Below, piece after piece: positions 36,420-46,657 of a stretch of DNA of 62,787 nucleotides. This stretch comes from a virus (lineage: Duplodnaviria > Caudoviricetes), in the IMG/VR virus record IMGVR_UViG_3300028423_000849, positions 1 through 62,787 of that record; one strand, written 5' to 3'. The position numbers and the translations under genes were made by a program. The first letter of the stretch is position 1. Each line of letters begins with the position of its first letter. Under the pieces are notes generated by a model. The model was not told the DNA's origin, did no database searches, and saw only the letters and a list, made by a program, of their open reading frames with translations.

Positions 36420-37755
36420 TGTCGTCGCCTAGTATTCCATGATCCTTTGATATCCACTGCTGATACACTGTAAAGCCAGGGTCATCGGGTGCTAGTTCTA
36501 TGATACCAAAAACTTCGTCTAGCATATTGTAATTGTGATTGAGCACGTCTGTCATCTCAGTGTAAACTGCATGTGTTTTTTCGTTGCTCCAGGAGTCAAT
36601 CATCTCAATGATGTCAACTATTTTTTGCATGCGAGCACTGTGATTTTCTTCGAAGTCATAGCTTTCATCCCACCAGCGGTGGAATGTTTCAAAGCCAAAC
36701 TCTCTGAGATACTGTAGACTGTACGGCGGCGCAACCAACACAAACGGTGTCATAAAATGTATTGGCTGTAAGGTCTTTTCAGAGAGGTTACCTGTGGGCT
36801 GTGCATATCTGCTCTCACAGACTATATCCACAAAACTTTCTCTGTAAAACTGTTGCAGTGTAGCGTAGTCTCTGTTGTGGAACACAGGATTAAAATGCTC
36901 CTCACAGTCTTCAAACAGGCTGTTGGGATAGTAATGACCCACAGATTCTTCAACTTCAAATGTGTCATAGGCCTTGAGATCCAGTGACCACGGACTGCTG
37001 GCATTGAGCTTGTCCACGGACATCACAAGTTTTTTATAGTAGTTGGCTTTGGCCTTTGCTTGATGGTTTATGTCAAACCAAGGAGTATCATTCAATATTT
37101 CAGGTTTGAATTGATAAAACCAACTGAGATGACAGGACTTTTTGCACAATATAGAGCTTATAATTGCTCTGTGTGCTGTGAATCTCCAGTTTGTGGAGAT
37201 AAACTTTTTTTGAAATTGTGGTTTAGGTTCTTTTAACACTCTATCAACAAATGTGTAACTCTTGAGAAACAGGTCATTGCAAACCAGTTTTATATGTGGA
37301 GTATAATGCGGATAGTAATCAGCCACATTGTAGTCGCCGGTGTGCACAACCACGTTGTTTAGGTTGTTGTTGTTTGCATATATGAGCACACTGTCGAGTT
37401 CTGCAGCTCTGACTTTGTCTAGATCTATGCTGTTTGGAAATTCACTGTAGAATCCGTTGTTGAAAATTGTATGAGTATTCACAAACTCATCATCAACTAT
37501 ATACGAGCACAGTGGTTCATAGAGATACACATGAACATGCTGATTGTTCAAGAGCTTTTGTTCCTGTTTGCTGTGAACCACTGTTTCTAGATCATGTATT
37601 CTGCCGTTGGCCATATATATGTAGGAAGGTTCGCTGTGATCTATGACTCTGGCCATGTTATCGCCAAGAGAGTCGTTGGCGTCGTTTAGCCCCGGAGGCA
37701 CATGATCAAACTGATATGCCAACAGTGACGAGTTGTGAATTTCAATATCACTCAC
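36412..37755 (-). CDS. putative glycosyltransferase, GT10-like, copy 2
   Basis: FISTN...HR, IVCES...LSEKTLQPI...PFV, GFETF..WWDESYD. Confidence 0.55.
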   Translation of the reverse strand: MSDIEIHNSSLLAYQFDHVPPGLNDANDSLGDNMARVIDHSEPSYIYMANGRIHDLETVVHSKQEQKLLNNQHVHVYLYEPLCSYIVDDEFVNTHTIFNNGFYSEFPNSIDLDKVRAAELDSVLIYANNNNLNNVVVHTGDYNVADYYPHYTPHIKLVCNDLFLKSYTFVDRVLKEPKPQFQKKFISTNWRFTAHRAIISSILCKKSCHLSWFYQFKPEILNDTPWFDINHQAKAKANYYKKLVMSVDKLNASSPWSLDLKAYDTFEVEESVGHYYPNSLFEDCEEHFNPVFHNRDYATLQQFYRESFVDIVCESRYAQPTGNLSEKTLQPIHFMTPFVLVAPPYSLQYLREFGFETFHRWWDESYDFEENHSARMQKIVDIIEMIDSWSNEKTHAVYTEMTDVLNHNYNMLDEVFGIIELAPDDPGFTVYQQWISKDHGILGDDNE

Positions 37756-38249
37756 AGATCTAACTCGCCTGTGATTTGCAGTGTGTATCGGGGTTCAATG
37801 CCAATGTTGCTGGCAGCATGAGGAACTTCTTCGCTCCACACTGCATAGTCGCCGGCCTTCCAGGTGCACCAGCTTGATCCATTGGCTTCAAAGTAATGGC
37901 CGCTTTTCCAATCTTCTAGGAACACCAAGGCACGGCCTACACGTTCTCGATCCACACCGAACACCTTCATGTAAGTTTCAAAGTGATCTGTGTGCACAGG
38001 CATGATGTCTAGGGTATTCATGCGGTAGATCACAAAGCCGGGTTTAGCAAGTCCAATTTGTTCTGCAATGGGTTCTACCCACCCAGGCATAGGATTCTTG
38101 CTGCTATACATGCTACCCGAAAAACTTTCGTTGTAGTAGCCTTGTTCTCTCCACTGTGTGATTTCGCTTTCTTTGATAGGTTGTTTGACAAACTCCAGCT
38201 GTTTGTAGCTGTCGTCCCAGGTGGGTTTTACTGATCCATATTTTAGCAT
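37752..38249 (-). CDS. 2OG-Fe(II) oxygenase-like protein
   Basis: HTDH, PHAASN, PRYTLQITG. Confidence 0.7.
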   Translation of the reverse strand: MLKYGSVKPTWDDSYKQLEFVKQPIKESEITQWREQGYYNESFSGSMYSSKNPMPGWVEPIAEQIGLAKPGFVIYRMNTLDIMPVHTDHFETYMKVFGVDRERVGRALVFLEDWKSGHYFEANGSSWCTWKAGDYAVWSEEVPHAASNIGIEPRYTLQITGELDL

Positions 38250-39211
38250 CTTTTTGTATCCAATGTAACGCAGTGAAACCCTCCGCCTAGTGTGCGCTGA
38301 TGTCTCATAGGCAACATTGCACATTCAATGCCATGGGCTTCTAGTTGTTTTCTCAAGCTATGCTGATGTTCTTCTAGTGCTACTAGCTTTGTATTTACAC
38401 TAAACAAATTCATGTTGATCCAGTTGCTGGCGTTGCAGTAATTGCCATAGTAATCAATGGGTTCGGGCTCAGCACACCATATTACATCCCAGTCACAGAA
38501 CGGTTTGGGAAGTTGATCCACGCTTTTGATCCTTGACGGATTCAGCAGCATCAGGCCTTCTCTGAGAAAAGCCACAGTGCTGTCAATGTGCATGTAACTG
38601 TATACGCCCTCTAGAGTGTGCACTTTTGCAGTGTTGCCAAGATGATCCTGCAATAGTCGAGCACCAGCATGGTTGCCAGAATTGCTGACCAAATACAAAA
38701 CATGATCGTTTGCACGTATTGCATTGGCCGCGTCAAACGCAGGGGCTTGCTCGGTGAGTGCAAGTACTTCGGGGTTGCCCACACAGGATAACTGGTAGAG
38801 GTCATCCTCTATATACCTATCAGGAACAACCATATCGGGTATATGCGGCAGGATTCCGTTGTAATCGCTGTGGCGTGCACGTATCGGCATCGGGGTTGCC
38901 ATTGCAAGATCACCGTGTGCAAAAACCACATCCCTGGGACAGTAGTGATAGTATCCTGTGGGTGTTCTGCTAGGACGCACAACTTCTACACCTTCGCCAG
39001 TTAGAAAATCACAGAAGTTTTCTAGGTCTTCGTGTGCTTCTTCGATGACAGTTTGGGGATAAGCACCTGTGTTTATTTCTGAGATATCTGGCTTGTCAGC
39101 ATAGTTCACAGTTCGCACACTGATATCTATGTCAGGAACCTTGGCATCTTCGGCTATGCCCACAATCACCTGCTTTAGTTGATCCCATTCGTTGGTTGCA
39201 TATTCTGTCAT
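38243..39211 (-). CDS. amidinotransferase (StrB1/SxtG/glycine amidinotransferase family)
   Basis: NEWDQL, CPRD, FDAA, HIDST, GGGFHCVT (catalytic Cys). Confidence 0.92.
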   Translation of the reverse strand: MTEYATNEWDQLKQVIVGIAEDAKVPDIDISVRTVNYADKPDISEINTGAYPQTVIEEAHEDLENFCDFLTGEGVEVVRPSRTPTGYYHYCPRDVVFAHGDLAMATPMPIRARHSDYNGILPHIPDMVVPDRYIEDDLYQLSCVGNPEVLALTEQAPAFDAANAIRANDHVLYLVSNSGNHAGARLLQDHLGNTAKVHTLEGVYSYMHIDSTVAFLREGLMLLNPSRIKSVDQLPKPFCDWDVIWCAEPEPIDYYGNYCNASNWINMNLFSVNTKLVALEEHQHSLRKQLEAHGIECAMLPMRHQRTLGGGFHCVTLDTKRC

Positions 39212-39213
39212 TT

Positions 39214-39903
39214 TTATCTCTGTGTAATAAGATTGTATAGTTTGTCTGCAATGACCTGATGGCCTAGCTGATTGGGATGATTGTCTTCGTGCAGAAAATA
39301 CTCGCTTTCTGAAAAGTTTTGAAAAGCTGGTGCACAGTGTTCCGAGCCATCGTCGGTGATTTCGAGTTGATATACATCAGATCCTATGAGCCAATAGGTC
39401 ATGCTGTGATTTTGATCTGCAAAACTTTCTTTGACAAATTCCAGTTCGGGAACAAGATCTAGACTGCCATAGTTGTGTTGCATGACCAAGTGACATCCCA
39501 GTCTCTGGGCATGATAATAGATCATAGACAGGAATAAACTGTGATGCCAGGTAAACCAATATGTGTTTGCATGAATCAGCTCAACAAACTTTTGATAGTC
39601 GTGATCAGTTGAGTATATGGGTTTTAACACCTCCACTGGATGCTCTGACGCTTTGTACCAGCGGCTGTCTGGGGGCACAGTAACCAATACTAGATCATCT
39701 GATGATATACCATCGCTTTTTCTTACAAATTTATGTGCAATTTCGCCTAGGCTGACGCCCGGATCTGAAAAATTACACAGAGGCATGTTGAGTTTTTCAG
39801 ACAATATTTCACTGTAGTTTTGATGATGCTCTGGGAGATTCCAGCCGACGCCCCAGCTATCTCCAAAACTCCACAATGTGCTTGTACCATCTGTGTTAAT
39901 CAT
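39214..39903 (-). CDS. SGNH-hydrolase-like protein
   Basis: FGDSW, DNHPNQLGH. Confidence 0.7.
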   Translation of the reverse strand: MINTDGTSTLWSFGDSWGVGWNLPEHHQNYSEILSEKLNMPLCNFSDPGVSLGEIAHKFVRKSDGISSDDLVLVTVPPDSRWYKASEHPVEVLKPIYSTDHDYQKFVELIHANTYWFTWHHSLFLSMIYYHAQRLGCHLVMQHNYGSLDLVPELEFVKESFADQNHSMTYWLIGSDVYQLEITDDGSEHCAPAFQNFSESEYFLHEDNHPNQLGHQVIADKLYNLITQR

Positions 39904-42167
39904 AGCTGCTTGATCTCAATTGCATCGAGACCAATGATTTCTTTTTTGGGCGCAAGAGGCACATTGGTTTGTGTAACACCAGGGCCAATTTTATCAGGAA
40001 CATCTATGTTGTGATTTCGATTCCATTTGCCTGCGCCTTTGTAGTGGTAGTCAAAGGAAAAATCAATGGTTTCGTTGAGCATGGCTTCCTCTTCTAGAAG
40101 ATCAGTGAAGTCTTGGTCACTGCGTCCTTGCTCTTTGTCCCAGTCTGGCTTGGCCAGTTTGCGTGCACGTTTGGCTGCATTGGACTGCATGCGTGAATAA
40201 TCTTGTGCATAAAACGGTCCTTTTCTGCCGCCGTCTTCTCTGGGTATGCGTTCGTCCCAGGGGTTGTCAATCTGCTTGAAATCATATGTGAAGTCTGCTT
40301 TCCAGTATCCTTCATCTGAGATTTTAAACTTGTACACACCTGAAAACATACCCGGTCCAAACTGACCGCCAAACTCTTTGAGGTCAATCTCAGGATTAAA
40401 GTGTATCTCTGCGTTAAAGCCGCCTCGAGAAAGCCATAGCATGCGCAGAAACGGCCAAATTTCATTGACTAGATTGTCTGCAAACGGTGAAATGTCGGGC
40501 TCGATGATATTGTAATCAAAGTCCTCAAATTCAATCTCATATATGGTATCTGGATTGTTAAGCTCTATATCATAGTGTTCTTGCCTGAGGCTAAAGCGCA
40601 CAGGATAACCAAACTCGATTTCCGTGCATCCAGTCATGAAGTCCAGGAAGGTGTGAAACAGTTTTACACGATGCATCACATGTGTGCCTGCAATAGTGAA
40701 GTCATTGGCAATCCAGTGACCCTGATACTTGTGGTAGCTCACATTGTATTTGTGAGGATTCTGCCCCACAATGGTCTCTGGTCCCACAGCCATGCCTACG
40801 CCGGCACCCACATTGTTGATGTTGTTGTCTCTGTTGCGCCACAGGAACTGCATGGTCTGTGCAAAGTCGTTGCGCTTCTCTGTGGGGAAGCCCACAATCC
40901 AGTTGGTGGCTGCCATGATGCCATACTTCTTGCCGCTTTTGAGATTGTCTTCCATCTCTTTAATGGTCACACCTTTGGCCATGTCATCAAGCACTTTCTG
41001 TGATCCTGACTCACAGCCGTAGTTAAGCATTATGCAACCGCCTTCAGCGAGATCTTTGAAATACTCGTCGTCCATTTTTCCGTCGCAGCGAGAATAGCCT
41101 GTCCATCGAGTAGGTAGATTTTTTGCCTTGATTGCCTTTGCAAACGCCCTCAGTTCTTTGACATTGCCGTTTAGCAAACTGTCAATGAACCACACAATGT
41201 CGGTGCCTTTGTTGTACCACAACCACTCCATTTCTTTGACAGCATCAACTGCTTGTCGCTGTCGATAACGCCAAAAGTGAGTTTCCTCACAGAACGTGCA
41301 TTTTGCTGTGCAGCCTCGACTGAACTCTGAAGTCACGCCATTGGGCACACGATACAATGAGAAGTCAATGCCTTCGTAGTCGGGCATAGGCAAGTCATTG
41401 ATGTTGATACGTTCAACTTCGGGTTGCTTGATTACCTGAATTTCTTCATGTGAAACACCTTGCTCTAGTTCTTCGAGCATGTCTAGAATAACTGCTTCGC
41501 CTTCACCTGTGACCACATAGTCATAGAAATCATGCACCGAAAACCAATCTTTTTGCACATTGCTGCCGCCCACTGCAATCTTGATATGCGGAGCACGTTC
41601 TTTGAGTTGTGCACACATCCATTTGGTAGGCTCTTCGGAGATATAATATTGTGTAAATCCAATAATGTCTGGATTGTAATCAATGAGTTCTTGTATGGCT
41701 TCTTCCAACAAAGGTTCTAACACAGGGTGAATATCTTGCATGTATGTGTCGCCTAACCAATGCCAGCTTGCACTAGGATCCCACAGGCGAAAAGGAATTT
41801 TCTCATTGGGCTGCCAGTCTTCTTCATGTTGACGCCATGCTTTGACGTTGAGGTCCCAGATGCGACTCTCATATCCTGCTGCCTTGCACACGCCACTCAG
41901 TCGTGCCAGGTTAAAAGGAGGAAACTCTGGAGCCCATTCTGGACACAATACCCAGGCGATTTTTGTGTTGCGAGTCTTGTAATCCACATACACAGGCGTC
42001 ATGTTCTTTTGCTGTGTGGCACGTGCATAGGGCGCAATGGCTTCCATCATGGCCTTGTCACGCGCATTGGCAGTATCAGTTGCAGGCTCTGGGGGCAACT
42101 CGACATTGGTTTTAGCAAGACTTGTTAGATTAAAATCAATTGCTTTTGTCTTATTCTCATCGTCCAT
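39900..42167 (-). CDS. cobalamin-dependent radical SAM enzyme
   Basis: N-terminal B12-binding domain (PPFNLARL, AVGGS, GEGE), SRGCTAKCTFC, GCESGS, IVGFPTE. Confidence 0.9.
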   Translation of the reverse strand: MDDENKTKAIDFNLTSLAKTNVELPPEPATDTANARDKAMMEAIAPYARATQQKNMTPVYVDYKTRNTKIAWVLCPEWAPEFPPFNLARLSGVCKAAGYESRIWDLNVKAWRQHEEDWQPNEKIPFRLWDPSASWHWLGDTYMQDIHPVLEPLLEEAIQELIDYNPDIIGFTQYYISEEPTKWMCAQLKERAPHIKIAVGGSNVQKDWFSVHDFYDYVVTGEGEAVILDMLEELEQGVSHEEIQVIKQPEVERININDLPMPDYEGIDFSLYRVPNGVTSEFSRGCTAKCTFCEETHFWRYRQRQAVDAVKEMEWLWYNKGTDIVWFIDSLLNGNVKELRAFAKAIKAKNLPTRWTGYSRCDGKMDDEYFKDLAEGGCIMLNYGCESGSQKVLDDMAKGVTIKEMEDNLKSGKKYGIMAATNWIVGFPTEKRNDFAQTMQFLWRNRDNNINNVGAGVGMAVGPETIVGQNPHKYNVSYHKYQGHWIANDFTIAGTHVMHRVKLFHTFLDFMTGCTEIEFGYPVRFSLRQEHYDIELNNPDTIYEIEFEDFDYNIIEPDISPFADNLVNEIWPFLRMLWLSRGGFNAEIHFNPEIDLKEFGGQFGPGMFSGVYKFKISDEGYWKADFTYDFKQIDNPWDERIPREDGGRKGPFYAQDYSRMQSNAAKRARKLAKPDWDKEQGRSDQDFTDLLEEEAMLNETIDFSFDYHYKGAGKWNRNHNIDVPDKIGPGVTQTNVPLAPKKEIIGLDAIEIKQL

Positions 42168-42168
42168 A

Positions 42169-43680
42169 CTATAATCCTAGGTCAAAGTATTTTAGTGCCT
42201 GTTTGTCATAGCTCAGGTCTTTCTTTTCCAACAAACGATTGAAGTTGTGTTCTATGGTATCTCTTATACCGTGTTGCCATTCCAACCATTGCTGATCTGT
42301 CTGTGAGCTCAGCCGCTGTATCTCATCCACAATGCATAGCAGTCGTTTTTCGTCATCTTCAATTTGGTCGTAGTCCTCATTGATCCACGGAGAAAATGTT
42401 CTATAACCTAGATGTTGCAAAACTTTCAGCGTACCCGGAAATGCTACTGCAATAAACGGATGCTTTGTAGCAAACGGCTTGAATATTTTCTCACTTAGAA
42501 ACACAGTGTCATAACTACTTATCATGTTTCTAGTACTGCCCGTACAAGTATGATAAAATATGGTTTCACATATCACACTAAAATAGCTGTTTCTGTAGTA
42601 TTTCAAATCATCAAATTCTATTTGCACTGGATTTTCTCGTTCTGGTGTGCGATTCAGCACCAACGGAAAACGATGTTTGTGATGTTCCGTGATCTTCTTT
42701 GCAAAGTCAGACAATTCTGCGCAGTTGCTTGCAAAATCAAACGAGTAAAAACTTTGATCAACGAGATCTCGGTCTAGCATGTGCGACAAGAGCTCAACAC
42801 GATGTGGTCTAGGAACTCTGTTGAAACAGAGAAACTTTTTTGCTTTTGTCTTGATCTCATAGGGATCATAGAGATTTTTTAGGTCACTGCCTTCTTTAAA
42901 ATCAAAGTTTGTTAGTGTTACAAGTTCAAAACTGGCACCAGTGATCATGTGCATATAGTAGGTGAATCCTTCGAGACTGTGAACGTTCTTGTAGATTTTT
43001 CCTGCATCTAAGCCACTGGTAAAATAGAAGAATGTGTTTTCAGGCATTTCATCAGCAAGATATTCACAGATTCTCTGGCAAGGAAACAGATATGGCTGGT
43101 TTATGGTTTCGTCACCGTTCCAAAAAACAAATTTTGTTGTGCCTTCACTGTAGAGTTGACGTATTCTCTGTATTACTTGTTCAAAAGGAATAAGATCAAT
43201 GCGATGTTCCTGCGTAGCGCCAGCATAGATTACATGATATTTGTGCTTGGTATTTTTTATATCAGGCAAAATTCTTTCCAGTCTCGGAGCAAAAAATTCA
43301 TGCTCAAGCACAGGCGGAGTTGCCTGATTTTTTGTTTTCACAGAAAACTCACTGCCTGTTAACAGTCTGTAATCAAACTCGTTTACATCTTCTTGCAAAA
43401 AGTACTCGCTGTAGTTCACAGTGTCAAACACAGTAACACACGGAGGCAAAGACAGAAAGCCTTTGAGCGATTCAGCAGGGTTGTCTAATTCCAATACCAG
43501 CACAGCAACAAAGTGATCAACACAGGAGCCGTCATCAGTGACATTGTGTGAGATGTTGTTTTTGCTGAGATACTCTGCGACTGTTGTTAGATAACTGCTT
43601 TGACTGCCCAGCACTGTTATGTGACGAGCAGTCAGCCGGCAGGCATCAACTACTTGTGCAACAGTCAAAGAATCATGCAC
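42169..43680 (-). CDS. putative glycosyltransferase, GT10-like, copy 3
   Basis: KFLCFNRVPRPHR, VICET...LSEKIFKP...HPFI, GYRTF..WINEDYD. Confidence 0.55.
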   Translation of the reverse strand: MHDSLTVAQVVDACRLTARHITVLGSQSSYLTTVAEYLSKNNISHNVTDDGSCVDHFVAVLVLELDNPAESLKGFLSLPPCVTVFDTVNYSEYFLQEDVNEFDYRLLTGSEFSVKTKNQATPPVLEHEFFAPRLERILPDIKNTKHKYHVIYAGATQEHRIDLIPFEQVIQRIRQLYSEGTTKFVFWNGDETINQPYLFPCQRICEYLADEMPENTFFYFTSGLDAGKIYKNVHSLEGFTYYMHMITGASFELVTLTNFDFKEGSDLKNLYDPYEIKTKAKKFLCFNRVPRPHRVELLSHMLDRDLVDQSFYSFDFASNCAELSDFAKKITEHHKHRFPLVLNRTPERENPVQIEFDDLKYYRNSYFSVICETIFYHTCTGSTRNMISSYDTVFLSEKIFKPFATKHPFIAVAFPGTLKVLQHLGYRTFSPWINEDYDQIEDDEKRLLCIVDEIQRLSSQTDQQWLEWQHGIRDTIEHNFNRLLEKKDLSYDKQALKYFDLGL

Positions 43681-44474
43681 GGGTGATGGTCCTCTAGTTG
43701 ACTGCGATTTGAAATGTTCATCATTCGCTCGTGTTCTGCTCTAGCATAACTCTCAGTTTCACTGGAAAACTCAAAGCCCAGTGTTTCCAGATAGCTTTTG
43801 TATTGAAGAACACTGGGATGATAATCTGGATACATGGTGCCCTCGGAGTCATCAAAATATTTGTAGCAGGTGTCCCAGCCCTCTGGAAACTGTGTGTCCA
43901 TCAACGGTGGCAAAAGTTTGGTGTTCACTTCACTGTATAACTGCTTTATGTCATCCATTGGTGGCCCACTGTTAGGTGGCAACCCTGCAGTCCAGTCTTG
44001 GTGATCTAGACCCACCCCTAGCATAGCAAAACTGTCAAACTCGCTGTGTTCCAACATGCGCATTGTCGTGTCGATAATGGCCATGTCTCTCACAAACATT
44101 CCACGTGTGCACACATAGTTATCTATGTATTCCTGTGGAACTTCGTGCTGTGCTGTTAAAATGTTGCCCGGTGTGCTCCAATTATCACTGGCACGCTGAT
44201 ACATATAACGATCTTCTCTGTAAAATGTGCTCCACATTATGCCAACTAAATCGTTTTCGCCGATGTTGTAGTGATTGATGCACTGGCTTAACTGAGACAG
44301 TATATACAGTTGTCCTGCGCCACTACGCCCCACGTTCACATACTCTGCATGTGGCATTTCACGTGCTATGAGATCTGCCCAGGTGGCCCAGCGATAGCCT
44401 GTAAAACTACAACCAAAGACAAAGAATCTCTGATATTTGGAAAGATCAATTTGTTGAGCGCTGGTATATAACAT
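43665..44474 (-). CDS. SGNH-hydrolase-like protein
   Basis: FGCSFT, NVGRSGAG, MWS...R, DYHP. Confidence 0.7.
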   Translation of the reverse strand: MLYTSAQQIDLSKYQRFFVFGCSFTGYRWATWADLIAREMPHAEYVNVGRSGAGQLYILSQLSQCINHYNIGENDLVGIMWSTFYREDRYMYQRASDNWSTPGNILTAQHEVPQEYIDNYVCTRGMFVRDMAIIDTTMRMLEHSEFDSFAMLGVGLDHQDWTAGLPPNSGPPMDDIKQLYSEVNTKLLPPLMDTQFPEGWDTCYKYFDDSEGTMYPDYHPSVLQYKSYLETLGFEFSSETESYARAEHERMMNISNRSQLEDHHPCMIL

Positions 44475-44475
44475 A

Positions 44476-45681
44476 TCAATAATTTAGTCTATGTGTAAAC
44501 TGTGTTTTTGACAAAAATGCATTGTGATTGTAATCACAAATTTCTCTGCAACCTCCTAGAAAATCTTTGAGCTCACGGTTGCTGAGATTGCAAAGACGTT
44601 TTGTTTCTTCTAGAATTGCCAGCATTCTGTCGCCGTCATTTTCAATGTTGTCGTAATCTTCGTTGATGAGTGGATCAAAACTCTGATAACCAATCTGCTT
44701 CATTGCTGAGACCATCTTGGGCGTGCTGATGAAAATATGAGGATGTTTGAACACAATGGGCTTAAATGCCTTTTCACTGAAGAATCTTGATTTTTCAAAG
44801 CCTTCGTGACAGGTATAATAGTTGGTTTCAGCAATGAGACTGAAATAGGTTTGTTCATAGAGATAGCTGGTATCATCCATGAGATAAGCCCGATTGGTAA
44901 CTAGATCATTTGTATCTAGATACAAAGGCGGCATGTTGATAATTTCGCCTCGGTGCTTCTTGAGTAACTCCAGTACATCATCAAACATATGATTTATGTG
45001 TATAAGATTTTGCCAATAGTCAGGCCATTTGTTGCCACAGTCGCTGGGTGCTAGGCTCACATAACCCTGGTCAATGAGTCCGTAAGCAATCAACAGTCCT
45101 ACAAAAGTGGGACGCGCTGGGCGCCAGCGTCGATTGAAATTGATAAATTTTTTGGGATAAGGTTTGTACACAAGAGTCTCTGGAATTTCAAACTTTCTGG
45201 AAAACTCACTTTCGAAGTGTAAAAACGTGTGCTTGGTGGCAGCTTCAAAATCCATGCATAGCTCGGCTTTGAGTTTGCCTCGCTGAAACTTGTCACTGGC
45301 TGCTTCAACTGTTTCTGCTAGATCAAAGCTGCCCGAAACCACAATGACTTTTTCTGGGGGTATATGATGTGACAATACTACGTGCTTGTAGATAGGTTCC
45401 ACAATGCTGTCAAATGCCTCGTGACTATTACATATCATCAGATAAGTGGGGTCATTGGGATCTCTGATTTTAAGTATCAAATCCCAGTCTACCAGCGATC
45501 TCAGAGTAAATCTGCCAAGAGCTTCGCCGTCTTTGATTTCAATGTAATAGTAGTCGTTGGCGTCGTCAAAGTCTCTGTAATAGAAAATAAAGGGATCACT
45601 GTCTCTGTGTTCACAGTAGGGCTCCTCTGTGGTGCTACACAAAAAGTAGTAGTTGTTGCGATTAATCACTGCCAACTGCAA
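44476..45681 (-). CDS. putative glycosyltransferase, GT10-like, copy 4
   Basis: KFINFNRRWRPAR, LIAET...FSEKAFKPI...HP, GYQSF..LINEDYD. Confidence 0.55.
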   Translation of the reverse strand: MQLAVINRNNYYFLCSTTEEPYCEHRDSDPFIFYYRDFDDANDYYYIEIKDGEALGRFTLRSLVDWDLILKIRDPNDPTYLMICNSHEAFDSIVEPIYKHVVLSHHIPPEKVIVVSGSFDLAETVEAASDKFQRGKLKAELCMDFEAATKHTFLHFESEFSRKFEIPETLVYKPYPKKFINFNRRWRPARPTFVGLLIAYGLIDQGYVSLAPSDCGNKWPDYWQNLIHINHMFDDVLELLKKHRGEIINMPPLYLDTNDLVTNRAYLMDDTSYLYEQTYFSLIAETNYYTCHEGFEKSRFFSEKAFKPIVFKHPHIFISTPKMVSAMKQIGYQSFDPLINEDYDNIENDGDRMLAILEETKRLCNLSNRELKDFLGGCREICDYNHNAFLSKTQFTHRLNY

Positions 45682-46657
45682 TTACCTCCTCTTCCGCAAC
45701 TCTGCGTTTGGGTATGATAATGTCAGTGCCACAGTGACAATGATATTTGTCACAGAGTATGCTCTGTGGTGCAATACTTGAGACATCTTCGAGAATATGT
45801 CCCACAGTGCCACTTTGGCCACAACTGGCCAGACTGATTGATCCCGTGGGGCCAATGAAGATAGCATCGCCAATATCGCACTCCCAGCCTTTGAAAAAGT
45901 TTTGCTTGGCAATGATGATATCATTGCTGTTGGCTGGATTGCTGAGACCGTCTTCATAGGTTGCATAGCTCACGCAGTTGTTCTCACTGTGTGGTTTGTC
46001 TATGGTGAATTGCATTTCGCAGCTGTGAGTGTTGATGAACTCTTCTTTGTCTGCATCATTGTACTGCCATGGTCCAGTATTCACGCTCATTTCATCAAAC
46101 AGTGGTGTCCACTCAATGAAGTAGTTGGGCATGACTTTTTTGAGTCTCTCGCCAAACTCTACCACTTCCCAAAATCTCTCATCGTGCATGAGCATTTTAC
46201 TACTGAGATAGTTGACTTTGTCGCACAAGTAAATGCTTTTTTCTTCATATGCATCTTTGTCCACAAACTCAATGTGAAAACTGGCCACAATGTCATCAAA
46301 TAGATGATGATGTTTTTCCCACCATGCCAGTGGTCGACTAAGGTTGGTGTTTACAGCTATTGTGCATCCAGGCACACGTTCACGCAGCCACTCACAAATT
46401 GGAATAAAGTTCTTCCATGCTGTGGGTTCACCACCCGAGAAGAAAAACTTGAAATACTTGTAGTCTGCTTCTTCATAGCGGTTGATCATATAACCAAGGT
46501 TCTTTACATAAACATCAAGATTGCCTTCGTTGCGATGATCGCCCAGCCAGTTGCCTGGATTACAATAACTGCACTCATAGTTACAGAAGTTGTTGACCTG
46601 CCAATTTACGCTCATATAGCGCCGCGGTGCTTCGATTTCTACGAGTCGTGCGTCCAT
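45662..46657 (-). CDS. radical SAM enzyme with C-terminal Cys-rich (twitch-like) domain
   Basis: CNYECSYC, SGGEPT, NTNLS; C-terminal C...C...CDKYHCHC. Confidence 0.9.
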   Translation of the reverse strand: MDARLVEIEAPRRYMSVNWQVNNFCNYECSYCNPGNWLGDHRNEGNLDVYVKNLGYMINRYEEADYKYFKFFFSGGEPTAWKNFIPICEWLRERVPGCTIAVNTNLSRPLAWWEKHHHLFDDIVASFHIEFVDKDAYEEKSIYLCDKVNYLSSKMLMHDERFWEVVEFGERLKKVMPNYFIEWTPLFDEMSVNTGPWQYNDADKEEFINTHSCEMQFTIDKPHSENNCVSYATYEDGLSNPANSNDIIIAKQNFFKGWECDIGDAIFIGPTGSISLASCGQSGTVGHILEDVSSIAPQSILCDKYHCHCGTDIIIPKRRVAEEEVIAVGSD

